Shown: piece after piece, positions 18,691 through 28,099 of the stretch | How positions within the stretch are numbered: position 1 is the stretch's first letter | Layout: each line of letters opens with the position of its first letter | Translations under genes and position numbers: made by a program | NCBI GenBank assembly: GCA_964526305.1 | Contig: CAZGKV010000003.1 | Coordinates: 3,451 to 67,450, forward strand | Direction of reading: 5' to 3' | DNA length: 64,000 nucleotides | Source: an uncultured Planctomycetales bacterium | GTDB lineage: Bacteria; Planctomycetota; MHYJ01; JACPRB01 | Notes under the pieces: generated by a model | What the model was told of the DNA's origin: nothing | The model's database searches: none | The model's input: the letters and a program-made list of their open reading frames with translations, nothing else

Positions 18691-19923
18691 ATGAGAAACA
18701 GCGTTCGATGGCTCTTCATCCTCCTCCTCGCTACCGGCCTCCCGGCCGAGGAGACGCAAGTCGCGCTCAAGTCCGGTGAGAAGCTCGAGGGGCGGTTCTC
18801 GGCCGACGCGGAGGGCGTGATCCTCCTCGATGCGGGCCAGCAGAGAAAAGTGCCCTGGAGCGATGTGACGGAGATCCGCGGTCTGCTCGATCAGCCTCCT
18901 TCCGATGGGGAGCGGGAGGCGTACAAAGAAAAGCGATCCGCTGCGAGCACGGTAGACGATTGGTCGGCGCTGGGTCGATGGTGCACCCGGTATGGAATGG
19001 CTCCGGAAGCCGCGGAGGCCTTCGACGAAGCCGTGAAGCTCGATCCGGACAACAAGGTCCTTCGACGAAATGCCGGGTACGCCCAGGTCGAGGGCGCGTG
19101 GAGGAAAGGAAGCGACCTCTTCGCGGAGTGGAAGAAGGATGTCGACCTGCGAGATCCTGAGGCGCTTCTCGCTCTTGCGGACCGGTGCGCCGAGAACACT
19201 CTCTGGGACTACCAACGGCGGTGTGTCACCGCGGCCGTGGTGCTGAGGAAGGATCACCCTCAGGCGCTACTGCGGTTCAAGCCGACGACGGCGAATTCGT
19301 TCCGCCCATCGGTTGCGCTGTTCCCTCCGCTCAAGGGGTTGGTGTGGGCTTGGCCCGACAAATGTGGCCACCATTCCAAGCACGGCTACATGACCTTCGC
19401 GCTCGACCTGATCCTCGTGGATCAGCGTGGAAACCACTATCGCGATTCGGGCTGGGAGAACCACGACTACCTGGGGTGGAACGCGCCCATCTACGCCGTC
19501 GCGGACGGAACCGTCACGGACGCGCGAGATCATTTCGACGACGAACCGCCTCTCAAGGGGAGGAACAACGGGGATGCGGCCAACCATCTATCGATCCGAT
19601 GCGGAAACACCTTGGTTTTCCATCAGCACCTCAAGAAGGGTTCGCTGAAGGTCAAGACCGGCGATGCGGTGCGTCGCGGCCAGGAAGTCGCCCGAGTCGG
19701 GAACTCGGGGAACGCCTCCTATCCTCATCTCCACTTCGTCGCCTACCACTGGTTTGAGTTCGAAGGCGCATCCGACTGGCTCTCCGTTCCCTTCGCGCTC
19801 GACGACTACGAGATCGCCTTCTTGAAGCCTCAGGATCCCGGTCCCGTCAAGCGCGTCGGAGTGGCCTGCCGAAATGCCGTACCTCGCGAGGGTTGGATCA
19901 TGAGGTGGGCCGGGCCGAAGTAG
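18691..19923 (+). CDS. secreted M23 (LytM/lysostaphin-type) metallopeptidase with N-terminal domain of unknown function
   Basis: Start placed at ATG 18691, with signal peptide MRNSVRWLFILLLATGLPAEE; the ORF track begins at 18610 inside vgrG. M23 motifs: HHSKHGY...FALD, GAPIYAVADGTV, and GNSGNASYPHLHF (HxH). Confidence 0.8.
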   Translation: MRNSVRWLFILLLATGLPAEETQVALKSGEKLEGRFSADAEGVILLDAGQQRKVPWSDVTEIRGLLDQPPSDGEREAYKEKRSAASTVDDWSALGRWCTRYGMAPEAAEAFDEAVKLDPDNKVLRRNAGYAQVEGAWRKGSDLFAEWKKDVDLRDPEALLALADRCAENTLWDYQRRCVTAAVVLRKDHPQALLRFKPTTANSFRPSVALFPPLKGLVWAWPDKCGHHSKHGYMTFALDLILVDQRGNHYRDSGWENHDYLGWNAPIYAVADGTVTDARDHFDDEPPLKGRNNGDAANHLSIRCGNTLVFHQHLKKGSLKVKTGDAVRRGQEVARVGNSGNASYPHLHFVAYHWFEFEGASDWLSVPFALDDYEIAFLKPQDPGPVKRVGVACRNAVPREGWIMRWAGPK

Positions 19924-20015
19924 CTGCGCCGTTTTCGTTACGCCCTTTCGGATAATCCCACAACCCCTCTCCCCGCTCGATTGTCCAATCTTCCAAACAT
20001 TCTGAAGGAGAATCC

Positions 20016-20711
20016 ATGAGGCATTGGACCACGTTAGCCGCGCTCGCAACCATGATGGGCGCCGCCGCCGCACAGGAGGACGCGGCTTCCGAGCTCGGCA
20101 AGGCCGGAGCGAAGTCCCAGGAGTGGAAGTCCTATTCGTTCAAGATTGCCTCCAAGACGGAGGGAATGCCCCAGCGAGGCGGGGGACAGAACCCGGGGGA
20201 ACGGACGACCGAGGGAGAGTACGTCGCCGAGAAGGGCCTCCACGGGAAAGCGGGGGAAAGCGAGGTCTACAAGAAGGGAAGCAAGACGGCGGTCAAGGGC
20301 CGCGACGGAAAGTGGGCGGCCCCTGAGGGAGGCGGGCGGCGCGGAGGTCGCGGCTTGTCCGGCCTCACCGCCCCCCACGAGACCTTCAAGGAAATCGAGA
20401 AGCATTTCAAGAAGGTCGAGAAGACGGCGGACGGCGACGCGGCCGTCTACTCGGGCGAGCTCACCGCGGACGGCATCGCCAAGCTCGGCGGCGGAATGGG
20501 CCGGATGCGCGAGGGCGGCGAATCCTCCGGCACCGCCAAGGTGTACGTGGACGCTTCGGGAGAAATCACCAAGCTCGAGGTGAACACCAAGATCAAGGCG
20601 AAGTTCCAAGAGCGCGAGGTCGAAATCACGACGGCCCGCACCATCGAAGTCTCCAATCTCGGGAAGGCCGACTTCGAGATCCCCGAGGAGGTGAAAAAGC
20701 TCCTCGAGTAG
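20016..20711 (+). CDS. secreted Lys/Gly-rich hypothetical protein
   Basis: RBS GGAGAA. Signal peptide MRHWTTLAALATMMGAAAAQ. Low-complexity K/G/E-rich mature region. Confidence 0.55.
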   Translation: MRHWTTLAALATMMGAAAAQEDAASELGKAGAKSQEWKSYSFKIASKTEGMPQRGGGQNPGERTTEGEYVAEKGLHGKAGESEVYKKGSKTAVKGRDGKWAAPEGGGRRGGRGLSGLTAPHETFKEIEKHFKKVEKTADGDAAVYSGELTADGIAKLGGGMGRMREGGESSGTAKVYVDASGEITKLEVNTKIKAKFQEREVEITTARTIEVSNLGKADFEIPEEVKKLLE

Positions 20712-20771
20712 GTTTCGGAAAGGCCGCGCACGCCGAACCTTTCGGACGTACCATCTGACAGATCCTTCGGA

Positions 20772-21323
20772 ATGCTCGCGTCCGTGGCTGAGGCCGAGAC
20801 CGATTCCAACGACGAGACCTTGCTCGCCCGCGCGGCCGCGGGGGATCGCGAGTCGTTTCGCCTTCTCCACGAGCGCCATCGCAGGCGCGTGTTTCAGATC
20901 GCGTATCGGGTGACGGGCAACGCCGACGACGCGGAGGAGCTGACGCAGGAGACGTTTCTCACGATCTACCGCGAAGCCCAGACGTTCCAGGGAAGGGCGC
21001 GGTTCACGACGTGGCTGACGAGCATCGCTCTCAACAAGAGCATCAACCTCGCCAAGCAGCGACAGGGGCGGTTCTCCCTGCTTCGCCGCTTTTTCGGGAA
21101 GCCCCGGGAATCGGTTGCGGTCCCGTCCGATGCGGCTCAGGGAATCCTCGATCGCGTGGCCCCGGCCTACCGCGCGATCCTGACCCTGCGCTATGTCATG
21201 GGCTATTCGTACGAGGAGGTCGCCCAGACTTTGGGCTGCCCGCTCGGAACGGCCAAATCGAAGTTGTTCCAGGCGCACCTGGCCGTCCGCCGCGCCTTGG
21301 AAGGGAAAGGAGTCGACGAATGA
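20772..21323 (+). CDS. ECF (sigma-70 family, sigma-24-type) RNA polymerase sigma factor
   Basis: Region 2 (...ELTQETFLTIYREAQTF...RFTTWLTSIALN) and region 4 (YRAILTLRYVMGYSYEEVAQTLGCPLGTAKSKL). Confidence 0.85.
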   Translation: MLASVAEAETDSNDETLLARAAAGDRESFRLLHERHRRRVFQIAYRVTGNADDAEELTQETFLTIYREAQTFQGRARFTTWLTSIALNKSINLAKQRQGRFSLLRRFFGKPRESVAVPSDAAQGILDRVAPAYRAILTLRYVMGYSYEEVAQTLGCPLGTAKSKLFQAHLAVRRALEGKGVDE

Positions 21324-21700
21324 CCTGTTCGGCTTGCGAAGAACGGCTTCTCGATTGGCTGGACGGATCGCGCGAACCGATGGTCGAAGAGCACCTGGCC
21401 GCTTGCGCACCGTGTCGTGGGCTCTTCGAGTCGGCGCGATCCACGGCAGAGACCTTGAGATCCGCCCCGGCCGTTGTCCCACGAATCCGGCCCCGCCTCC
21501 GGTGGCGCTGGCCTGCCGCCGCGGCGGCGGTTGCGGTCATCGCCGGCGCGGGATTCCTCGCGACTCGTCGGGACGAATCCCCGCCCAAGCGCCTTCGCAT
21601 CCAAGTCGTCGATGCCGCCAATCGTGTTGAACCGGGTCACGTCGACGCTGTCTTGGACTCGATCGAAGGCGGGCCGCTGGCGGATCGAGGCTCGCGATGA
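21320..21700 (+). CDS. anti-sigma factor, zinc-finger (zf-HC2) type, single TM
   Basis: ATGA overlap with the sigma gene. CSACEERLLDWLDG...HLAACAPC matches the zf-HC2 motif. A hydrophobic segment WPAAAAAVAVIAGAGFLA follows. Confidence 0.6.
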   Translation: MTCSACEERLLDWLDGSREPMVEEHLAACAPCRGLFESARSTAETLRSAPAVVPRIRPRLRWRWPAAAAAVAVIAGAGFLATRRDESPPKRLRIQVVDAANRVEPGHVDAVLDSIEGGPLADRGSR

Positions 21701-22608
21701 AGCGGTGGGGGTTGATCGTCCTGATTCTGGGATGCCTTACAGCCACCGGGTTGGCGGTCGCCGCGAAGGTCCGCCGGGACAACGCGCGGAATCTCCTCTC
21801 CTCGATGGTCGCGGCCGAAGAGTCCGGAACGTACACCGCCGAGGTGTCCCTGCGGTATCAACGCGGGGATTCGGCCAAGTCGCATCGGATCCGAGTGATC
21901 CGAGTGTCGGGACAGACCTTTACGGAACCGCTCGATCCCTCCTCGGAGCGTCGTCCGCGGTGGCGCCATCGCGGGCCGATTACGGATGTGGACCTTCTCC
22001 TGGCAAACTACTCGGTCGCACTCGAGGGGGAAGAGCCGATCGCAGGGCGACCGGCGCGCCGGGTCGCCGTCCGACCGCGCCATCCCGACCGTCCGACCTG
22101 CACCCTCTGGATCGACCGAGAGCGATCGTTCCTCCTCAAGTACGAGACGAAGGACCGGACCTACGAGACGAACGCCATCCTGTTCGAGGCGAAAGCTCCC
22201 GAGCGGTCGGACAGCGGAAGATCCCGCGGACGCCGGGAAGTCTCCTTGTCCGAGCTGCCCCAGGCGGTGTCGTTCCCCGTCGCCGTTCCTTCCTGGCTCC
22301 CCAAGGGATTTCGCCTGCAACGTGCGAGCGTGATGAAATGGGAGTCGCACGAGTCGCTTCATCTTCTGTACACGGACGGCCTCGCGACCCTGTCCGTCTT
22401 CGAGAGCCCTGAGGGATCGGAGTGGGGCCGCCGCTGGGAGTGGTTGAAGAAGAAGGGCGGCCCGTGTTCCGCGGGCAAGGTTTCCCGCGGGGGTTGGACG
22501 ACGCTCACGATCGCCCTTGAGGGCGTGGTGGTGACCGTCGCCGGATCGATCTCCGAAAAGGAACTCGTCGATCTTCTCGAGTCGATGGACGTGCGGCGAA
22601 GGGGCTGA
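21697..22608 (+). CDS. MucB/RseB-like (LolA-fold) periplasmic sigma-regulatory protein
   Basis: ATGA overlap with the anti-sigma gene. Signal peptide present. The N-terminal ...SGTYTAEVSLRYQRGDSAKSHRIRVIRVSGQTFTEPLD... pattern resembles the RseB N-domain. Operon position after the sigma and anti-sigma genes supports the call. Confidence 0.45.
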   Translation: MKRWGLIVLILGCLTATGLAVAAKVRRDNARNLLSSMVAAEESGTYTAEVSLRYQRGDSAKSHRIRVIRVSGQTFTEPLDPSSERRPRWRHRGPITDVDLLLANYSVALEGEEPIAGRPARRVAVRPRHPDRPTCTLWIDRERSFLLKYETKDRTYETNAILFEAKAPERSDSGRSRGRREVSLSELPQAVSFPVAVPSWLPKGFRLQRASVMKWESHESLHLLYTDGLATLSVFESPEGSEWGRRWEWLKKKGGPCSAGKVSRGGWTTLTIALEGVVVTVAGSISEKELVDLLESMDVRRRG

Positions 22609-22612
22609 TCGA

Positions 22613-25600
22613 CTACTTCGAGCGGGGACCCACGAACTCCTCCTCGAGCGGCCCGATGATCTTGACGTGACCCGCGCCGGATTCCAGCGCATCGGCCAAG
22701 GCCGACGCCTCCAACTTCGAGAGCGACCCCGTGATCCAGATGGAGCCCCCGAACTTCGCTGCCTGGACTGTGGGCATCGACAGGATCCGTCCCTCCATCA
22801 GGATAGCGATCAGGCCCTTCGGCACTTGCTCATGCAGGACCTCGGTCGATCGATCAAACCGGCGGGCGCCCTCTTCGGTTAGCTCCGCGGAGAGATACCA
22901 CCCCTCATGGCTCCCCTCTTTGGCCACCGCGATCGCGATGTCGTTTCCCGTTACGCTGGGCTCCCGCAATAGCAGGATCTTCTTTCCACGAATGTGATCG
23001 TACTCCCCTTCAAGGACTTGCTCGCAATCGACCACGGCGTAGCCCTCGGGGACGGTTCCGGTCTTCCGCCACTCCTCATGCAGCTCGCGAGTCGCCACGG
23101 GCCGGAATTCCAGGTTGGGCGTCGGCTTTCCCGCGGGACGCAGCCGCTCTTTGATTCGATCGAACCCGGTACGATCCACGTTCGCCATGCGGACCCGGAC
23201 CCGACCATCTTCTTCCAACGTAATCAGAGGATCGTGGGGAAGCACTCCCTGAACACGAGCCCGAAGTCGTTGGAGCAGGAGCTCAGGAATCTGTCCCTTA
23301 CGCGAAGGCTCACCCTTGGGCCAGAGGATCTTGTATGTCAATCGCGAATAGGCGTCGTACTTCGCCACGATGGCGCGAACGGTAGGCTCTTGACGTACGA
23401 GGTCGAAGTCCGCATCCAGCCGGTCAAGGCCCAACTCGAAGGCGCGCTCCAGCATCGCCGCGATCCTCGGAATGAGCGCCGTCCGATCCGCACCTCGCTC
23501 GATATCTCGGCATCGCGCCTTGGCATACTCGACGCAGCCCTGCCGGACTCGATCGTCTCCGGGCTTGAACGGGATCTCGACAAACCACGCTCCCCACTGG
23601 TCGCGCAAGAGTTGCTCCACCCACCCGAATCGGGCCCACGGATGATCCAGGTTGTCCGATTTCCAAGCCTCGAGATCTGCCTTGCTCCCCGCCCCATCCT
23701 CGAGATAGATCTTTCGAACCCCCGCGCGCAGGAGACGGGCCTTGCCCGACTTTGGCTCCAGGGACACGGCACGATCCAGATCTTCGATCACCTGGTTTCG
23801 GTTCGGCAAGCGGTCCGGCGGACCCCACTCCTCCGTTTGAAGTAATGCCCGTACGTAATACGGCTCGGGCTCTTTGGGAAAGGCACGGAGGCTCGAATCG
23901 ATATCTTCTCGCGCGAGCGATCGAAGGCCCATCTGCCACAGGTATTGCGCGCGCCGGAGCCGCTCCCTTCCGCGCTCCCCGGTGAGCGTGACCGCAGCTT
24001 CCTCGTCTTCGAGCGCGGCTCCACACTCTCCCAACCCCCACAGGACTTTCGCCCGTTCCCCATGGCAACGCGCGTCGTTCGGTTCGACTATCAGGGCCCG
24101 ATCCAGGAACGCCCTGCGGGATCGTACCTCGGCCATCGTGTCCTTCGTAGGATTCGGGCTCACCAACATCCCCTTGAGGAGGAGGGCATCGAAGTAGACC
24201 GGATTCTCCTTCAAGGACGTGTCCAAGCCTCGATCCAAGGCTTCGTGAATCTTCAATATCCGCGCCTCCTCGGGACGAGACCAAAACCCGGGATCGTTCT
24301 GGAGTATTCCGCATGCTTTGGCGAACTCCAGCACCGACCGCAGCAGGATCGTTCGCTCCTTCTGCCCGGATCTCGCCTCCAGGAAAACCAGGTCCTTCTC
24401 CAGGGGCCCGCTCGGGAGGGAGGAAAACGCCCAACTCTGGATCGCTCGAAGGAGCCATTCCCTCACTCTGATGAGCACGCGTCGATAGCGGGCATCGTCC
24501 AGATCGGGAGACAGTTCGAGCGCCTGGGTGTAGTCCGCGACCGCCGCTTCCGTCCCCCCTAACGCCTCGTGCACTCGGCCGCGCCAGTAGTGCCGATCGG
24601 CCGTGCTGCCTTGAGTTTCGAGCGTACGATCGAGAGACGCTCGGGCCTCCTCGAGCCGCTCCCGACGTTCGGCGCGCTCCGCATGTCCCGTCCCGAATCG
24701 GGCCGATTCGAGCACCATCTGCACCCGGGCCAGGGCGAACGCATCACCGAGGTCGACGTTGAGCTTCTCGACGAGGCGATTGACCCGGATTCCCGTGCCG
24801 GCCAGCGCAGCAGAGATTTCTGCGTTCACCCACCGCATCGCGAAGTAACCGCAGCCCACGATCGCGATGAGGAGCGCGGCCGTCATGCCCAGGATGGTCG
24901 CCCTGCGGCGCGCCCACCGCGCCGCTTTCCGCGGAAGACCGGCCGGCCTGGCCATGATCGGTCGCCCATCGAGATGGCGCCTCAGATCGTCGGCCAACTC
25001 CCGGGCCGTCGCATAGCGTGCCGACTTTTCCTTTTCGAGCGCCTTGAGACAGATCGCCTCGACCTCGCGCGGCACGGCCCGATTGAGCTTGGAGGGGCGG
25101 CTCGGTTCCTCCGTCGCGATCTTCCGAAAGATCTCCATCACCGTTTCTCCCGAGTGTGGAGGTCGGCCGGTCAGGATCTCGTAGAGGATCGCGCCGAGCG
25201 AATAAACGTCCGCCCGCGCGTCGAGATCCTTCGATCCCGCCGCCTGCTCGGGACTCATGTAGGGCGGGGTCCCCAGGACGTTTCCCGTCCCCGTCGCTCC
25301 GCCTTCGGTCGTCAGGCTCTTCGCGATCCCGAAGTCCAGGATCCGCGGTTCGCCGTTCTTATCGATCATGACGTTTGTGGGCTTGAGGTCGCGATGGATC
25401 ACGCCGTTCTCGTGGGCATGGTGGACGGCGCTTGCGATTTTCTCGACCAGCCCCAGCGCCTCCCGAGATGCCCGCTCCCGATCCCGGAAGTACTCGGATA
25501 GGGTGACTCCTTCGACGAGCTCCATGCTGTAGAAATAGGTTCCGTCGTGGCTGTCGACCTCGTGGATCGGAACGATGTTGGGATGGCGAAGTTTGGCGGC

Positions 25601-25912
25601 CATCCGGGCCTCGCGCAGGAATCGTTCCACCAACTCCGCCGGCGCTCCCTGGCTCGGAAGTATCTTGAGCGCTACGGTTCGGTTGAGTCCCTTTTGCCGG
25701 GCTTTGTAGACGATCCCCATTCCCCCCGTTCCGAGGACCCCGAGGAGCACGTAGTCTCCGAATTCGGACCCGACCGAGGGGACGTCCGCCTTCGGGGCGT
25801 CCAGCATCGCGGAGAGCAGGCATTTCGGACAGGCGCCGTCGAAGCGGGCTTCCGCTTCGCGCGCGGAGACCGCGACGCCGCATCGAGGACACGTCCGAGC
25901 CACGAGTTCCAT
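22613..25912 (-). CDS. Ser/Thr protein kinase with N-terminal zinc ribbon, TM segment, TPR region and C-terminal domain of unknown function
   Basis: CPRCG...CPKC; kinase motifs (GTGGMGIVYKA, HRDLKPTN, DFG, SPE); TM helix ILGMTAALLIAIVGCGYF; TPR-like repeats. About 350 aa at the C-terminus are unassigned. Confidence 0.85.
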   Translation of the reverse strand: MELVARTCPRCGVAVSAREAEARFDGACPKCLLSAMLDAPKADVPSVGSEFGDYVLLGVLGTGGMGIVYKARQKGLNRTVALKILPSQGAPAELVERFLREARMAAKLRHPNIVPIHEVDSHDGTYFYSMELVEGVTLSEYFRDRERASREALGLVEKIASAVHHAHENGVIHRDLKPTNVMIDKNGEPRILDFGIAKSLTTEGGATGTGNVLGTPPYMSPEQAAGSKDLDARADVYSLGAILYEILTGRPPHSGETVMEIFRKIATEEPSRPSKLNRAVPREVEAICLKALEKEKSARYATARELADDLRRHLDGRPIMARPAGLPRKAARWARRRATILGMTAALLIAIVGCGYFAMRWVNAEISAALAGTGIRVNRLVEKLNVDLGDAFALARVQMVLESARFGTGHAERAERRERLEEARASLDRTLETQGSTADRHYWRGRVHEALGGTEAAVADYTQALELSPDLDDARYRRVLIRVREWLLRAIQSWAFSSLPSGPLEKDLVFLEARSGQKERTILLRSVLEFAKACGILQNDPGFWSRPEEARILKIHEALDRGLDTSLKENPVYFDALLLKGMLVSPNPTKDTMAEVRSRRAFLDRALIVEPNDARCHGERAKVLWGLGECGAALEDEEAAVTLTGERGRERLRRAQYLWQMGLRSLAREDIDSSLRAFPKEPEPYYVRALLQTEEWGPPDRLPNRNQVIEDLDRAVSLEPKSGKARLLRAGVRKIYLEDGAGSKADLEAWKSDNLDHPWARFGWVEQLLRDQWGAWFVEIPFKPGDDRVRQGCVEYAKARCRDIERGADRTALIPRIAAMLERAFELGLDRLDADFDLVRQEPTVRAIVAKYDAYSRLTYKILWPKGEPSRKGQIPELLLQRLRARVQGVLPHDPLITLEEDGRVRVRMANVDRTGFDRIKERLRPAGKPTPNLEFRPVATRELHEEWRKTGTVPEGYAVVDCEQVLEGEYDHIRGKKILLLREPSVTGNDIAIAVAKEGSHEGWYLSAELTEEGARRFDRSTEVLHEQVPKGLIAILMEGRILSMPTVQAAKFGGSIWITGSLSKLEASALADALESGAGHVKIIGPLEEEFVGPRSK

Positions 25913-25955
25913 CCTTGCACCTCCCGATAGAAGTGGGAGGGGCCGATCCGGTCTT

Positions 25956-26669
25956 TCAGAAAATCCGCCCGAACCTCGCCAATTCGCTCTCGAGATCCTC
26001 CGGCGAGGCCACCGTTTGACGGACCTCTTCCTCGAGAAGCTCGCGCAGCCGGCGCTTCCCCCGATGGAGGAGATTCGTCACAGCCTCTTCCGAGACGCTC
26101 AGTCTTCGAGCAATCTCGGCGTACGAGGCCGGTTCCGACTCGTGCGGAAAGCGCAGGCACATCGCCTCGATCCATTTGGTTCGCTCTCCCGCCCGACACT
26201 CCTCCCGAAATCGCTCCCAGACCCGGGCGAGCGTCTCGGAGACGTAGGATCGATCGAACACTCCCTCGGGATCCTCCTCGGTGAAGTGCGCTTCGGCTTC
26301 GGCGAAGTCCATCGGGACGCGAAGGGCACCGCCGCCGCGCTTGAGAGCCCGGTCCCGATCGTGCTGGTCCGAAAGGAAGCGCTGAAGGACGCCGCGAAGG
26401 AAGGCGCGAAACGATGCGGATTCGTCCTTCTTGGAGAGGATCTCCTTCTCCAGGAGATAGGCGAAGAATTCCTGCGCAAGGTCCTTGGCTTCCTCGACGT
26501 TCTTGCCCTTGCCGCGGATGTGAAGATAAACGGGCTTCCAGTATCGGGAACAGAGCCGTCCCAGGGCCGCCCGCCGATCGGCGGAATCGGGCCCCTTCGC
26601 GCGAAGAACGGTCGACCAAGCGGTCGACGACCAAGCCCCTCCCGGCCCCCCGATCTCGGTCTCGCGCAT
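25956..26669 (-). CDS. ECF-like sigma-70 family sigma factor, Ser/Thr-kinase-associated type
   Basis: Start reassigned to ATG 26669 (MRETEIGG...); the ORF track runs to 27062. ...LCSRYWKPVYLHIRGKG...AKDLAQEFFAYLLEKE... fits region 2 and ...SYAEIARRLSVSEEAVTNLLHRGKRRLRELL fits region 4. Lies immediately upstream of the kinase gene on the same strand. A paralog is at 42221. Confidence 0.65.
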   Translation of the reverse strand: MRETEIGGPGGAWSSTAWSTVLRAKGPDSADRRAALGRLCSRYWKPVYLHIRGKGKNVEEAKDLAQEFFAYLLEKEILSKKDESASFRAFLRGVLQRFLSDQHDRDRALKRGGGALRVPMDFAEAEAHFTEEDPEGVFDRSYVSETLARVWERFREECRAGERTKWIEAMCLRFPHESEPASYAEIARRLSVSEEAVTNLLHRGKRRLRELLEEEVRQTVASPEDLESELARFGRIF

Positions 26670-27004
26670 CGGGGCGTTATATCCGCGAGCGACCCCGATT
26701 TCTAGGCCGGATGCGCCGGGAGGAATTCGTAGAGCCGCTCCCAGTATCCCGGAAGGCTGCGCAGACTCGCTTCCCGCTCCCGAAGCCATTCCTGCGCTTC
26801 CCGGCGGATTTCCCAGGGAAGCTCGGGAAGCCGAGCGCGGAGACGCACGAGCGTCAGGAGCTCGAGAGCGAAGCGTTCCGGACTCATCCGTTCTCTTCTT
26901 TCGGTTTCTCCCTGGGAGAGTTTGGGGAATTCTGACCCAGACGATTTCCCGCGGATTCCGTACAAGAATTTTGGCACATGTTCTACTAAGATGATGTATA
27001 ACAA

Positions 27005-28084
27005 ATGGGGGAGGACTCCGTGAAGCGCAGAGGATTCGGGGCGGTGCTCGCGGCGGCGCCACTGGTCGTCTCGTTCGCTCCAGACATCGGAGAAGGTTCC
27101 CCGTTCCCCTACGCCCACCGAGTCCCGGCCGACGCGGCGATCTATGTCTCGGTCCCGGACCTTCCGGACTTCTTGAACCGGGTCGAGGGGCATCCGGAGT
27201 GGATCCGCGCGCTCGGGCTGGCGCCGTGGATCGAGCGCCTGACTCCCGCCCGTCCCTGGCTCGCCGGTCCCGCGGCCTTCTACGCGGTTCTGCGCCACGG
27301 GCGGCTCGAATGGAACGCCCTCCTCCGCCTCCGGAGCGGCCAGACCTATGTAGAAGGCGCGGACTATTCCGGGGCCGATTCCCTGCACCGGATTCTGGCG
27401 CCGTTCGAAAACGACCCCCCGCGCCCGCGCCTCGTCTTCAACTTCGACGCCATGCCCCCGGCCGTCCGGGAGCTCTGGGGGGAGTTCTCGCGAGCGATTC
27501 TGGAGATCGGGATCGAACGATCCCTGGTTCTCCGGGGCACGCTGACGTACCGGCCGGGCGCACGGTTGGAGATGATGGAACGGCGGGTACACGCCTCCCC
27601 CACGCCGGAGCCGGGCCCCGGGATCCTGGTTCATTCCGGGCTGAGCGACATCGAGCGGCTCTGCGAGGCGCTCGATCTCCATCCGCCTCTTCCCTCGCGC
27701 GTGCGGCGCAGCCTCGGCCCCGCGTGGGGTCTCGAGGTCCGATCGGCCGACGACCTCGCCCTCTGGTTCGAGGCGCGTGGAGACGCGCTCAAGATCCGCC
27801 CGACCCAATGGAACGGCTTCCACGTGCAGCTGGAACAGGGCCGCCTGGTCCTTCGTCACGGTCGTTCTCCTCTTCCCGGCATTCCCGGTGTCCATGCGCA
27901 GACGCGGGTCGATTCCGCTGAGGCCGCCGTGGCGCTCCGCCGCCTCCTGGGCCCCCGCGCGGAGCCTCTCGCCTCGATCCTCACCCACACTTCGCAAATC
28001 GACTCCCGGCTCCTCTATCGAGGCGAGGAAGCGGAGCTCGAGCTCCGTCTGAGCCCCCCTCTTGACACCCTCCGGACCCGGTGA
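27005..28084 (+). CDS. hypothetical protein
   Basis: 359-aa ORF first in a three-gene co-directional cluster with the following epimerase and acyltransferase. No recognisable motif. The competing 845-aa antisense ORF is rejected. Confidence 0.45.
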   Translation: MGEDSVKRRGFGAVLAAAPLVVSFAPDIGEGSPFPYAHRVPADAAIYVSVPDLPDFLNRVEGHPEWIRALGLAPWIERLTPARPWLAGPAAFYAVLRHGRLEWNALLRLRSGQTYVEGADYSGADSLHRILAPFENDPPRPRLVFNFDAMPPAVRELWGEFSRAILEIGIERSLVLRGTLTYRPGARLEMMERRVHASPTPEPGPGILVHSGLSDIERLCEALDLHPPLPSRVRRSLGPAWGLEVRSADDLALWFEARGDALKIRPTQWNGFHVQLEQGRLVLRHGRSPLPGIPGVHAQTRVDSAEAAVALRRLLGPRAEPLASILTHTSQIDSRLLYRGEEAELELRLSPPLDTLRTR

Positions 28085-28099
28085 TACAACCCCCCTTCC

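Noticed and set aside
18517-19257. 246-aa minus-strand ORF
   Set aside because: It is antisense to the M23 peptidase gene, whose catalytic motifs are intact.
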